This document shows, piece after piece, positions 36,701 through 49,987 of a stretch of DNA of 64,000 nt (its first letter is position 1; each line of letters starts with the position of its first letter). A model generated the notes under the pieces. The model was not told the DNA's origin. It made no database searches and saw nothing but the letters and a program-made list of their open reading frames with translations. Source of the stretch: Schizochytrium sp. TIO01 (taxonomy: Eukaryota > Protista > Bigyra: Labyrinthulomycetes); the NCBI GenBank assembly GCA_004764695.1, contig SMSO01000037.1, forward strand, positions 596,747 through 660,746. Reading direction: 5' to 3'. The position numbers and the translations under genes are program-made.

Positions 36701-37207
36701 AAGATACAAAGACAGGCCGTCGATCGATCTGATCAGTTTGCTGGCAGCGAGAGGCCCATCAGTTAGAGGGAAGGGACCCAGAGCGAGGTGAAATCAGCCG
36801 TTCTGTAGAGAGGAGGAGGGCCTTGGCAAGCTGGCAGGAAGGCAGGCGGGCAGGCAGGAAGGCAGCTGGCTGGAGTGGGAGCGAGAGAGCCTGGACAGCC
36901 GCACTTCACGTCTACTTGGACAGAGAGGCGTGCGACTGTGGTGCTCATATTCATTCATACCCGCTAGCTAGGGAGCTAGGAAGGCTGCTAGGAGAGCCTA
37001 GTGGGTCTTCCTCGCTCGCACTTGTTCCTGGAAAACCAAGCTTCCAGCCGGTTGCTTTTAGTGTCTGATTGACGATGCGTCTTGAAAGTTCTCAGTGGGC
37101 TGAAGGGGGAAAAAGAACGAGAAGGAGAACGAGAAGAAGAAGAAGGCAGTGCATTTTCCAGCCTTCGCTTTGGTCTGAATCATATGGCGCAGGTGGAAGT
37201 CGTTCTC

Positions 37208-37275
37208 TTTCCTTTCCTTTCCTTTCCTTTCCTTTCCTTTCCTTTCCTTTCCTTCTTTCTTTCTTTCTTTCTTTC
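37208..37275. repeat. (TTTCC)n/(TTTC)n polypyrimidine microsatellite
   Basis: Seen directly in the sequence. Confidence 0.95.
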
Positions 37276-39537
37276 AACGAAAATGATGAAATTGTAGCTT
37301 AAACGGCTGATGAGCTGCCGCGATTCAGGACTTTGAGAAGCGAATGAAGACCTTCTTGCCTCCGTTCCAAAACAACAGCAAAACTTCAGAACAAAAGCTC
37401 GGAAAACCCGTGGGGGAGAGGCAGCGCTGCCGGAAGGCCAGGTTTGCTGCCCTGCGACTGGCAGGTTCGGCACAGATGTCCATCCTGCCTGGCCTGCCTG
37501 GCAGGTAAGCATGCATCTTGGCACGCACAGCTAGCTGGCCAAGCGCATGAATTCTTTCGCTCCAGGCGGAAAGAATGAAAGAAAGAAAGTTTCCATAATT
37601 CCATCTCCTCAGAACAGAAGAAAGACACAACAAAGCTGGAAGTAAGAACGGAGTCAGCCACCTCTGTCTAAACAGAACGAAAGAACGCCTCGCTTTCCAA
37701 CGTGAAGCCTTCTTTTTTGGTACTCTGGAGCCCGAGATTGAAAGATTGAAAGATTGCAAAAGATTGCAAAAGAGAAAGATTGAAAGAGAGAAAGCAACAA
37801 GAGCACCAGTGCACGAAGAAATCACTTCCAAAGACTTCGGATCTTCGCGTCTAATTCCCAGGCGGCAGAGAGCGCCGCGAGTTGGTCCTGCCCGCACATC
37901 AGGTGGAGCTCGCAATCCATAGAAAGTGGCGACTGTCGGGCCGGCGCGTGGCGCTTCTGGCACTGCGGTGGATGTTGATTGCCACCATCACCATCTTCTC
38001 CCCAGAACCGGCGGCGGCAGCAGCGCCAGAACGACCAAGCTGGCTGAGGAAGAAGGCCTCGAAACCCTGGAAAAGGCGGCAACAGAAGAATCAGAATTAA
38101 GTTCCCAGCGAGCTAGCTAGCTAGCCAGAGACCTTAGGCACCCGGACTCGTTCATCGTCAGGCCAAACCGCCGGGACTTTCGGTCTGGACGGCGTCTTCC
38201 TGCGCCAGCTCATGGCCGGCGGCGGAGCGACCGGAGAGACGGCTGTTGCATCAACCGATCTGCGTGGTTTCAGTCGGAACCGCGGCTCGGGCTTCCTGGC
38301 CTCGAGCAGTCCACGCGCGGGTCAGAGCGGCGCATTTTAGAAAATGCGAAGGGCCACAGCCAAGATTTGAAATTTGAATAATCGAGAGAATGAATGAAGT
38401 TGAAATCGTTTCGAACCGAGAGGAGCTTCGAATTCTCCAACTCGCTCGCCGCTGAGGCCGTTCATTCCTCGTGGCGATCCCCCGGCAGGGCAGAGAGGGC
38501 CTACGCACAGGGGCGGCGCTACAGGGCAACCACGGCAACGTTGGCGCTGGTGATCCTACTCTCAGATCCAGAATCGATGGAAAGGATGCCAATAGCCCCA
38601 CCACCACCTCGTTTGAGAACTGGCCTACCGATACTCGCTCCATGTCTTCGCAGAGAGCACGCTGCGAAGGGCGCCGCCGAGCAAGACGAAGAAGGCGAAC
38701 CGCGATGCGGATCTCCAGCTCGACTGCCGCTGCCGCCGAGCAGTGAATTTCAAATTGACTTGGGCAGCATCTTCGAAATTCGTGATTCCGGGCGGAAAAC
38801 GCCTGCAAGGGGTCTGGAGGCCGGCGCAGAAACCTTTGTGAGCAACTGCAGAGGCCTCCCTGGACCCCTGGTCTGGACAGAGCCCCTCCGCAAAATCGGA
38901 CCATGCGATGAAAGCGAAGACCAGCGCTTTCAAATTTCACATGTGCCCCCAACAGCGCGGGATATCCACGATTCGCTCTTTGCAGCTCGAGCGAAGCTAA
39001 TCATCATCATCCTCATCATCCTCATCATCCTCCACCGTAAGATGCCCTCCAAGTTCAACGAGTGCCGCCACGACGAAACAACCGAGGTCGATCTTAGAAG
39101 GTCCTCCTTTTCCTTCTCCTCCTCCTCCACAAACCCACAAGCCCGGATGCAAAACAAGACGAAACAGCAAATTGATTCGAGTGAACTTACCCTGGCGCGA
39201 GAAAATGCCCATGCAAGCAATGCAAATGCCTGTATGGAAAGACGAAACGTGTTCAGGTGCTCCAAGATGTCTGAAGAATTATGCGCGTTCACAATCGCAC
39301 AGAGTCTCGACGTTTGGGATTTGCCGACTCCGTTTTCTCGCGCCTCTTGTTCGTTTTGCTGCGTACTAACTAAGTGCTAGGCATCGATGCTGTTGCCCGT
39401 CTATCCGTGTGCTTTAGACCTTAGCGACTGTTTTGCGAGCACGAGCACTCAGTTATTTGTCCCTAGTGCGGGCTGGTGAAGGCATTGTAAATAATTGACG
39501 GAAACGCTGAGATGCGCTACCTACTGGTCCACCTTTA

Positions 39538-39540
<3 letters not shown>

Positions 39541-39585
<45 letters not shown>
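39541..39585. repeat. (GCA)15 trinucleotide repeat, apparently non-coding
   Basis: Seen directly. No credible ORF spans it. Confidence 0.95.
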
Positions 39586-39586
<1 letters not shown>

Positions 39587-40796
39587 GCCTTCGGGTGTTT
39601 CAGGTGTAAGCGTCGCATCCTCGTCCTCAGTCCTCTGGAACCCGCTGCAAGGTAGGGTGTGGAGGTGCTTGCCGTACATAATGGCCAGATGAGCTCGAGG
39701 CCAATCAAACGATGCAGGCTGCTGTAAAAGGCGGGCGAGAAGGAGAAGGGCTCTTTCTTTCTTGCGAATCTCGACAAGTAAGTAAGAACCGCAGACATTG
39801 CGCCTCCTGATAAGGCCAAATACGGAAAATCTTAGCATTTAAATTTGAAAACCTTCAGAGAAACTGGAAATGATGATTAATTTTAAAATATTTTTATTTA
39901 TTTATAAATTAAAATTATTATTTTTAAGAAGAGGTTTAAAAAGATCTTCAAGTTCTTATTTTGAAAAAAACGAACTTTATCTTGCCCTGTTTTCTTTCAA
40001 GTTCTTTCTTTCTTTTCTTTGCTTTTCTTTTAAATGAGAGTAGCTCACACCATCTTTTACGATGCAAATGGGAAAGGCGCTGCAGCCAGGTGAACGAAAA
40101 GGTGACTTGCATGTATCTCGCAGGCATGTGCTATTAGTCACGATGCGCCAAAAGGTCGATCACTTTCTCTTTGTAGTGTTGAAATATGGAGATGAAGTGC
40201 TAACTAGCCTAATTGAAAACACTTTCCCATCCAAAACACCATCGAAAATGCGGGGCTGAGACACCTTGACTAGCACTCGAGCTGGTAACTACTACCGAGT
40301 ACTCGTACCCACTTTCGTTCTCGTTCTTTCAGGTAGGTGACGTCATGAATGAAAAGAGTGAAATGAAAGAATAGAAACCTAAATTGGCGGAGCTCGCAGA
40401 GTTCAATCAATCAGTCATCGAAAACGAACGGCCATGACATTTAGCTGCTGCTACTTCGGAGCACCTGCATCCTGTTCTCAGGGTTGGTGGTGCCCTTCAT
40501 CGGCATTTCCTTCGAGCTCTTCGCACTGCTACGCATCCATTTCGGACGTAGTGGAGGTGGTTTATCTGTATAAAAAGTAGTGCCTGGAGCGGAGGAGAGT
40601 GATGATGGCGCGTGTTCTGTTAAGGTGAAATGATATGCATCTGCAGACCGCAAGACGCGGAGCCTCGATTCGACCAAGATAACAAACAGCCAATCAAACT
40701 GGTTCTCGCGACATGGTCTCGAACTTGTGGGCTTGCGTGCGGGCGTGCGTATTGATTGGAAGCAGCGGCGGGTGGATTAATGCCGCAAACAGAACG

Positions 40797-40839
40797 AATA
40801 GAATTGAATTGAATTGAATTGAATCGAATCGAATCGAAT
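40797..40839. repeat. (GAATT)n/(GAATC)n pentanucleotide repeat
   Basis: Seen directly in the sequence. Confidence 0.9.
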
Positions 40840-43800
40840 AGTCCACATCGATGCCTCTTTCGGATGGCCACTTCGACAACTAACAGGAACTAAAGACCTG
40901 CGTCTTTCACTCACTCACCCTCCTTCCAATACAAGAAGGAAGCAACGAAAAGGAATGATTAGCAAGCAATATATGCAGCCGGATCAAAGCCAAGAAGGCT
41001 GCTGGAAACATTGGGCCACGGACCTTAAGCTGCTTGCACCCGGCTATCACCACCACCTGGGCTCGATATACGAGCGCTTGGGCTGTGGTGTTGACCAAGG
41101 TGATGGACTTGGTGTGCCTTTTTTATTATTGATCGTTTGGACGAGTACTCATATAAAAAAGACGCAATCAGTCTTTGGCACAAGCCAGAATTCAATCATC
41201 GGGGAAAACCTGAAGACTCCGGCATCTTCCTTTCTTTGTTCTCTTTTTCTTGAGCTCTTCTTACTCTTTTCTTTTTAATTGAAACATTCACTTGTTTTTA
41301 TGTTTGTTGTTTTTTTATAGAAATTAAGACTACTACTGCTGCGACATCCATATACTCTTCAAGAAAAGGTTTTATTCTCTCTTTGTACAATCAGTCGACC
41401 TACCAACTACTTAGTTTTCATTAGGAGCTTGCCAATGTGGGTATGAAGAACACTTTTTCTCTTTTTCCTCTTTTTGATAGAATAAAAATACTTTAAAACA
41501 AGTCTCAGCGTATCACTCATAACAATTCAAGCAGTTAAGAGTCCGAAGTAGGCCTCAGACTACGCAGGTGTGCGGTGACTGTATGCGAAGTAATGCTTCG
41601 AGCAAGGGGCCAAATCTGCACCAACGTACGTTGTTGCCTCTCGTGCCAAAGTCTTCGGGTCCGTGCGTGAGATGAATCCGGATTGTCGTGGTCGCTGTTG
41701 GCCGATTCTGTCAAGCTTGAACACCCGAAGTTCTCATCACTTCGATAGCACAACGGGTGCCTTTTTCTTTCCTTCCTTCTTTCTGCCTTTAGAAAAAGGG
41801 GAAATATATTTCTCGCTACTTATTTTTAGAAGCAGTAGGCAGTACCTTTTTTTCTCTTCTTGCTTTTTTTTTTAATTAAAAAGGAAATGTAAAAAAGGAT
41901 CATGATCCAAAGAAGAAATATCAGAGTAAATGAAACGAATTGAAAAACGCACGCTCGCGACTTGGAGACAGGCGAAGTGACTCGAGGATCCCTTGAGTTT
42001 TTGTCATAATTCGTCCTCTAGATCTCTCCGAGAAGGTCTTCGCAAGACGCCTTCACCCAATTTTCTCGAAGAGATTACGAAGCAAGAAGTGAGGTCTTCA
42101 CAGGAGATATTAGGTACCGTAACCAAGTTGAGCAAACAGTTTATTCTACAGTGGGCCACATTGTCCTGTCTGACTCGTATCGCTAGATGATGCTGAACTA
42201 TATTTTCACGGGGGGCTTTACCCTCCGAAGAGAGTATGGAAAAGAAAAAGTGAAGAGAAGTGCAGCCAACTATAGGTTACTGAGCACAGAAATCCAGGAT
42301 CAAGTTATTCCAATAGCCGTGGTTTGTGATAAATTTATTGGAAAAAACTACTAGAAGACTGTAAAACATACTGATATACTTGCATAGCGATCTCAGCTAT
42401 GATGTACTAAAATTGAAAAGAGAATGGCGTAATTAAGTCATTTATTTAATTGTCCCTGAAAAACTCTGGGATGGGGGGTACATGGGTATCACGACTACAG
42501 CATGGCAGTGGGTCTTATCACTTACCTTCAAAAGTAATCTCATTTCTAGTGCGGCTCAGCTATTAACACCTAGCTTCGTTGCTAAAACTCGCACAAAGGA
42601 AGATGTGACATGACATGAATGAAATGATCAGAAAAATGAGCAATCATAGTTCGATGCATAAACAGTAGTACCTGTAAGCCTGATTTTCGTAAGCCCGCAG
42701 TGTAAGGCAGTCATGCGCTGCTTAGTTGAGCTGTCAGGACTTACAAAACAATTGGCCGTGGTACTCTCCTCCAGGCTTGGCAGATGCGAATATAAAATGT
42801 AACAAGAAATCAATGAAGACAGGACGCATAATTTTTGTCGCTGTGAGTTGATGAACTTGAAGGTTACATTTTTTTTTCACGGCTCGGAGGCACCAAGCTA
42901 TTTCTAGTAAACTATAGCACTTTGATGATTTGGCCCCGTTTACTCGGAGCAAGAACTCAACCAAAACTTGTCGTCTAAATACAAAATAAGTCTCCACAGG
43001 GGTGATCGCTCAGGAACGAGAACTCACAACTGTAGAGATTCTTAACATAGAATCGGCAAATGTGAACGGGAAGAATGTGGATTTCGGCGATGCCGAGCCG
43101 AGTCGATATCCTTCGAAAATACGTAATCAGTTTTACAAACGATACAAATATTATAGACAGCAGTTCTAGCGGCAGTTTTAACGCATAGGAAATCATTTTC
43201 TTTGCAGCAACGAGTAATAATTCACTGAGGTTGTTGGGGGGAAGGGAGGGGCGAAATTTCTTGATTTTTTCTGTTCTAATAATTTTGCGTTTCTGGTCCA
43301 GCTGAAGACATTTTGGAATAGAGTGCAGACATTGTGCAAACAGTAAGACCTAGCAAAGAATAAGATGCCAATTCTAGTTCATGATGACGTGCCTAGACAA
43401 GCATGAAGCTGCACCATATTCTATGCAGACAATACTTTCATTTAATAGAACAAGTACGCCCAGTGATTCACCTTTTCAGTGTCCTAATCTTCACTAAGCC
43501 TACTTCCTTCAAAAAAAGAAGCAAAAAAGAACTCTTTCTGTATTCGAATACAAACACGAAGCAAATCAGAACAAATCTGAAGCTGTTGCGAATAGAACAA
43601 TGCTAGTGATTGTTGTAGTGAACAATTAGAACAGTATGAATAAGGATGCCCTAGTTGCCTACGTTCACTCCAAACCTATTGTAAGTCTATTTCAATAAAT
43701 ATGATTTTCTATTGAGTAGGTAGTTAGAAATTCATTTGCTCTTCTTTTTTCTTAAAATATATAAAATAAAAATTAAAAGTGAAAAGAGAACACCATATGC

Positions 43801-44089
43801 AGTAAGAGAGAGCGGATGAGCAAGATTGGAAAAGTCGATGGAAAAATTGACGGTAGACCTAGAGTCTCTGCCACGACCAGTCGAGCAGGCAGAATAAAAC
43901 ACCAGTTCCGGAAGGCGAAGCGCCGACGTGCGACTAAGCGTGCGAGGAAGTTGCTGAGGCCGCAGCTTGCCCCACTGTTTCCGATTAGTTGCGGTCTCAA
44001 ACGCTTGAATAATCTTGATGAATCGTGATGGACAGTTCTTCAGTTTTTCAGTTTTTAGAACTTGCGGAGGAATATATAGATAGGCCTAC

Positions 44090-44133
44090 ATGTAACTTAT
44101 GTTACTTATGTAACTTATGTAATTTATGTAATT
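44090..44133. repeat. 9-bp minisatellite (ATGTAACTT, about 5 imperfect copies)
   Basis: atgtaactt atgttactt atgtaactt atgtaattt atgtaatt. Confidence 0.88.
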
Positions 44134-46623
44134 CATATAGTATTTTATACATTTAAAATTAAAACTTAAGAAAAGAAAGGACCTTGAAGATAGCCCTCCA
44201 AGTTTCCAAAGGGAGAACCCGAAAACGATTTGATTGAGAAGACAGCGCAGGAAGAGAAAATAAAATAAAACTCGTATGGTCTCTTCAAAACAATCTGGAT
44301 GTGATCCTTACACGCCTCAGAGGTTGGTGGTCGACGCCAAATGAAAAGGACAAGCTATGAAACGCTCTCGCAATGAAGAAATAAACATAGAAATGCAGTT
44401 TCTATGTCCACGGCAAGAGTCGCGTTTTCTCTGCTACTCTGCAAAGGGGTTTTAGGATCGACGTAGAACTATACTAATAGGAGTTGAAGAAGTTGACGAA
44501 TACAAACGGTGAAGAGTTTTGGGGGAAAGCACAGCAGCACAGAGCTATCGTCCAAAAAAACGCTGGAGAGAACCGGTAGAATGATGACCTTACCGTGCGA
44601 ATTAATCGGCAAGTATTCTATACTTCTTGAGAACAATGAAATATACAAAGCATTTCAAAGGCACTTGTATCCAGAGCGTCTTACATGGCAATTCAGCGCG
44701 GCAGCTGGGAAGTTTTAGTCAGAACGTCTCGATGCACTGCGATTAAAGGAGGGGGGTAGGGTGGGGGGTGTCAAAGATGGACGTATTCCTTCAACATTCT
44801 GATATTGTGAAATCTCTTCCTGATGGTTTGAATGATATTTCTTTGAAAGGACAGAGGAGAAAGCAAATCAACGCGGTAGGACTGTCAATTAAAAATCTCT
44901 TTTTTTTTTTCATCAATTAATCTTCTTTTTTCTTTTTTTTAAAGTGGGTTGAGGATGTTAGCGCAAATTCAGATTTAACGCTGTTGGTTTGGCTGCCTCT
45001 AAGGGCTTAGTCGTAGTGGGGTTTACGTTTATCCAAGTGACCAGGACATGCCTACGGAGGCTTTGAAAGCTCCGAGAGTGGCCTGAGAGCTGAAAACTTT
45101 AAAAAACTTTCGAACTAGTCCTGAATTAATAGGAAATCTTTACCTGCTCTTGCAAAAGGTCATAATTAATAGAGAACAGCATGGAGTTTCTTGTACAACA
45201 GATAGTAGACTCGGAGTTGCCACCCTAGTCTGACTGGCCGCTGTAACATAATGGGTTTGGCCTTAACGCAATGTTTTAAAAAGAAGACTATCAAAATATG
45301 AGGGTATAGTATTCAATCAAAACTGATGAATGACTTGCTTACATATGAGCTGGCGGTGCATTGGCACCTTCATTTCCGAGCACCACAGATCAATACTTTC
45401 ATATGAATACTATTATTGTTCGGAATCACCTGATAGGTAAGGATTTTCAGGCGTTTAAAAAAAATGTCAATTTTGGCAACGCCTATGAAACTCGGGGTCG
45501 TAAAGCATAAGAATAAAGGGAAACAATACATGCAAAGCTGTAAAAACGACGCAACAGTAACGGTCTAAGAAATTCAAAGAATAGTTCAAATTTGCAAAAC
45601 TTTCAAGAAACATGTTTTTCTCTTTTCACAAAAAATACTAACTCCAATTTTCCATGTGTGAGCTTTCACGTATCAAATCAATTAAGAATCGATGAACTCA
45701 AGCTACGGATTATTTAATGGCAGCTCAAGGAGGCTCGGCAGCGCTGGCTCTTGCTCTAAGGGGAAACAGTAGTTGACCCGGAATACATGCATACGCATAC
45801 GCCTACACAATCTTGCACAATGGTTTTATTCAAAGGCATTCCTTACAGAATAAATCGAAACTATCGCTTCCACTGGCAAATTGGCAAATTATGATGGTTA
45901 TTCGTACGGAATCAGTAGGGATATACTTAGCTCTTGGACTATCTCGCGTTTCGGCATTTGCGCTTGGCTAAAATCCCCCCATGTATGCGCATTATTTTTC
46001 AATCATGAAAAGTGGCTGTGAAGCTATATTTCATCATTCAGGAATCAACTGCAAATCAACTTTTGAAGAAATTTTGTTTCAATAATGATGCAAGACTGAA
46101 GATGACTGCTTGAAATTTACAGATTGAACTTAGGAGCATATCCTCCAGATCAGATCCAAAGATCAATATTTTCTGTTCAGCTTTTGTTTTGGTTTTGGTT
46201 TTGGTTTTTTGTGTGCGTAAAGTTCATTTAAAAAGAACAAAAATCATTGATACATTGGGCTCATCGGCAATCGACAAAGAAAATCTTCTCGAGAGCCAGT
46301 CATTGTTTGTCCCGGGAACATCCTGACCCTTTCGCTTACATATGCCAAATGCATACAAATGTAGCTCTAAACCAAGTTTGATCATCGTTGTAATTAATAT
46401 AAAAAGATTGGAACCTAGCACAAACAAACATACGCAAATATTGAAGCACGATGTCCAGCTCAACATAAGCACAAAAAGACGCCGGGGATTCATTTAAATT
46501 GCAGTTGTTATTACATCGAAAATTTAAGAAATCAAGTATCACAAGTAAAGAATGCAGCAGGAGCTCAGAACCAGGAATTGTCAAGGAAATGTGCAAAAGG
46601 CAACATACAAATGAATACCAAAA

Positions 46624-47841
46624 TTAAGCAGAAGATGATGAAGAAGAAGAGCCAGCCGCAGCCTCGGAGGCCGCAGGCACAGATGAACTACGAATACAAA
46701 CGGGTAAATAGTAGGTGTCATTCCACCAGTATCGGCGCTTCACGCCATCCCACGTGTCATCGGCATTGGCATCAGCCTGAAGTTCGCACGCATGGAAGTT
46801 GGCTTCAATACCCATGTGACTTAACTGCAACTGGACAACCTGGCAACAGACACCGTGAAAGAAAATGTTCCGGGGGCATAAACCATTAAAAAAAGAGTAA
46901 ATACCACCAGGACGCAAAATTTCAGGCAAGTGGTCCTGAAAAGCCTTCAGGTCGGCGTAATATTCTCCATATGTATCAAAAAAGATGCCATCAAACTGAC
47001 CAATCTTGTCAATGTGATCTTGCCAGCGACCAAAGACGATCTTGACACCCGGCTTTTTGTCCCATCCATCCTTGAGCATGCGCTGATACACTTGAGGATG
47101 CGCCTCGATAATAACATGGTTGCGGGGTTTGTGTTCCTGAAGATATGAGTCCACAATACCCATGCCAAAGCCCACATTAAGCACATCGCCCACGGGAGAG
47201 GTGGTGTCGCTCAACGAGCCTCCGTGACAGATAACTTGTGCATGAAGCTGCATGAGAGGACGCTCCCACTCCATCATGACAGCATCTCCATTGGGGTCCA
47301 TAAGCTTCTGCTCGTCCTTCGTGTACTCCACATCAGAGTTGAGGTACTCCGCATTGGCAGCCATGGGGCCACGCTCCAACTTGCGTTGCTCAATAGCGCC
47401 CAAAATCATTTCCGAACGCACACCATGGTCCACAAGGAGATCTACAATCGCTTGGTTGCCAGCATCAAGAGCATATTCTCCTGCGCAGCGACCTTTGCGG
47501 TCAATAGCATTCCAAGGAGCACCTTTCTCGAGTAGCAACTTGGCGAGTTCCAGGAATCCAACCTGCGCAGCGATCATGAGCACGCTTTCTCCAGATTCCT
47601 CAAATTGATAATTGACAGCATCGACGCCATCTTTCTCAAAAGATGCCTTTGTTTTCTCAATGAGACCTTCTTCAAGACCGTCCATCTTGGCGCTCAAAGC
47701 CTTCGCGGCATCAGAGTCCGTGCTGGCATTCTCACCAGCCTGCTGCTGGAACTCGACAATAAAGCCCTGAAGCGCTCCACGAGCGTCATTAAGAGCCTTG
47801 TAAAGCTCCTCGCCAGCACCTGCGCTCTCAGCTGTGGCCAT
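46624..47841 (-). CDS. RMT2: Protein arginine N-methyltransferase 2 (type IV; ankyrin repeats plus GAMT-like domain)
   Basis: Ankyrin LLLEKGAPWNAID, AVMMEWERPLM, VLNVGFGMGIVD, IIEAHP, GRWQD, FDGIFFDTYGEYY, YSFFNGL, RRYW..DTYYLP. ATG 47841. Confidence 0.93.
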   Translation of the reverse strand: MATAESAGAGEELYKALNDARGALQGFIVEFQQQAGENASTDSDAAKALSAKMDGLEEGLIEKTKASFEKDGVDAVNYQFEESGESVLMIAAQVGFLELAKLLLEKGAPWNAIDRKGRCAGEYALDAGNQAIVDLLVDHGVRSEMILGAIEQRKLERGPMAANAEYLNSDVEYTKDEQKLMDPNGDAVMMEWERPLMQLHAQVICHGGSLSDTTSPVGDVLNVGFGMGIVDSYLQEHKPRNHVIIEAHPQVYQRMLKDGWDKKPGVKIVFGRWQDHIDKIGQFDGIFFDTYGEYYADLKAFQDHLPEILRPGGIYSFFNGLCPRNIFFHGVCCQVVQLQLSHMGIEANFHACELQADANADDTWDGVKRRYWWNDTYYLPVCIRSSSVPAASEAAAGSSSSSSSA

Positions 47842-48734
47842 CGTGCCGAAACTTAATTCGCTGGCCGCAATTCTGCTCAGGTTTTGCCCTCGAGCACTTG
47901 GCCAGCCACTCCACATTTCTTACGCGGCCTCACCGCCCATTCGTCTCGCTTCCTCCCTGTACAATGGACTAAACTCACTACAAGTAGACTATCCTGAGGC
48001 TTACTATCACTTGCTCAGCTTTAGTCCACTTGCCGCCCCTCCCATTATGCAACATTTAGTATTCTTTCACTTCTTCCATCAATCAATCAACCAAAGAAAA
48101 ACAATTTTAATTTTTTTGAAGTTCTTACTCGATGAGCAAGTAGAAAATAGACCCTATAACCTATTTTGTAGCGCCCTTACCTCACTACTCAGCCCCAATG
48201 CTCTACTTGTAAGCTGGGGATTATATTGTATATTGTGAAAGGGAAGACTCGTGGCCACTGGCGCTAGGGAACGACCACAGAACCGTAGAGGAACGAAGGC
48301 CTGAACGGCAGGTGAGCAGGCGCTTGATTTTGCCTTTGCTTTCTTTGGCTTGGTTTGATTTGGCTGCTTCGATTGATCGCTGTGACAAAGCCCCAGTTGC
48401 GAATTACTGCGTTGGCTTTCTCGACGCTTGGACGGTGATTGTGTGGCACAGGGCCGTAGGCAGCTATCGGGGAGCCGCCTCGTCGTACGCCGCGAAGGAA
48501 GGAGTAGCCTGATTGAGTGAACGAGTGTTCATCGCGACTCGCTCGCTTCTTGATCTGCTTTCTTAGCTTCTCTCACCACCGCTCTTTATTGCGCTCAAGC
48601 CGGGTGTTGTACGCGAAAGACACGTGTAGAAATACGGAAACAAAGAAGCAGATACTTGAAGGAGTCCCTGCAAACAACACATTGTGGAGAAGAAGTTGAC
48701 AGAGTGATCCTTGAAAACCACATTCTTAGACAAA

Positions 48735-49202
48735 ATGGCAGACGAGACCAACAGCGGAATTCTTTTTGAGGATGCCTTTGAGGTAACGGATGTAAATCCC
48801 AAGGGAAAGAGTTCTACTCAGTTCAAGAACGTCTCCCGTATTGTTGCCAAGGGCGTAACCTTTGAAATGGATCTCGTCGTTGATATCCAGTCAGAGCTCT
48901 TCCCCATGAAGCACAAGGAGCGCTTCACGTTGGCTTTGGCCAGCACCCTTGATATGGATGGCAAGCCTGATGATGGAGTTTACAACCAGTCTGGCCAGCC
49001 CACCCTTCTGGACAAATTTGACTATGGCATGCACGGCCGCGTCTTCAGCTATGAGTACGTTGGTGAGGGCGAGCACCGCGTCGCCATCTACGCCTCATAC
49101 GGCGGTCTGCTCATGAAGCTCGTTGGTGACCAGCGCAAGCTCAACAACATCGACCTCGACTCCCGTGTCTACTGTCTCCTTAAACGCAGCGAGAGCGACT
49201 AA
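48735..49202 (+). CDS. RPB8: RNA polymerase I/II/III shared subunit RPABC3
   Basis: ILFEDAFEVTDVNP, VSRI, FTLALASTL, DYGMHGRVF, YASYGGLLMKL. Confidence 0.97.
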   Translation: MADETNSGILFEDAFEVTDVNPKGKSSTQFKNVSRIVAKGVTFEMDLVVDIQSELFPMKHKERFTLALASTLDMDGKPDDGVYNQSGQPTLLDKFDYGMHGRVFSYEYVGEGEHRVAIYASYGGLLMKLVGDQRKLNNIDLDSRVYCLLKRSESD

Positions 49203-49987
49203 GCTAGCCTGCAATTTACTTTCTTTGCAACCCAAATTAAACACACATATTCAAACACAATACGAGTAGAAGCAGTCCTGCGCAACGCGCACAGTGACAC
49301 TTTTGCTCAATTCTCGACATTACAATCGACATATAACTTCCTTTACATCTACATCATAATACCCTACAAGTATTTGTTCTCTTATTGTCTGCTACTTTTT
49401 CTTCGCAGCATTTCACATTCAAAAAAAATGTTTTGCAACAAAGTACTACTCGTACCAAGTCTTTGAGAAGCGCAACATAAATGTCACCTTGTTCTTCCGC
49501 CTGAAAGCAGCGTCAGACAAGTTAGGTGTACACTAGATGGAAGCCTCAGTATCTGGATTGAAGTATTCAAAGATTACATTTCTGTTTTGTTTGCTTTTTT
49601 GATAAATATATAATATTGCTGTACTACAAAGCAAGAGGAAACAATAAAAGCACAGAAGAAAAAATACTCTTGATTTTTCAGACTAGCTAAGTACAGAGTT
49701 GCCCTGACGCCAGAAGGTGACCAGTGAGGATTATAGACGTCAGCTGATGAACTGCATGGTGAATTTGAAACTTATTTTTCTTTCGTCCGTCACGGTCAAG
49801 TGCCTAACGATCAAGCGACCTCATAGGGAAGCTATTTTCTTCACAGGTCCGGGAAAACCATGGTCCATGTGCCAAAAAGGAAATCTGAAGGATTTAAACT
49901 TTAGCTGAGTTTTCCTGCATGCATAACCCATGCCAAAATCCGTTCGATTGAAACAAAAGTAATAGGTGCTGCTAAGGAAGCAGAGGC

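Noticed and set aside
42404-42430. TACTAAAATTG resembling U6 snRNA
   Set aside because: No ACAGAGA box or downstream U6 sequence.
46185-46206. (TTTTGG)n as an interstitial telomeric repeat
   Set aside because: Only about 3 units, indistinguishable from the many local microsatellites.
32000-46600. CRISPR-like array or intact transposon in the gene desert
   Set aside because: No regularly spaced direct repeats, terminal repeats, or transposase/RT ORF seen by eye.
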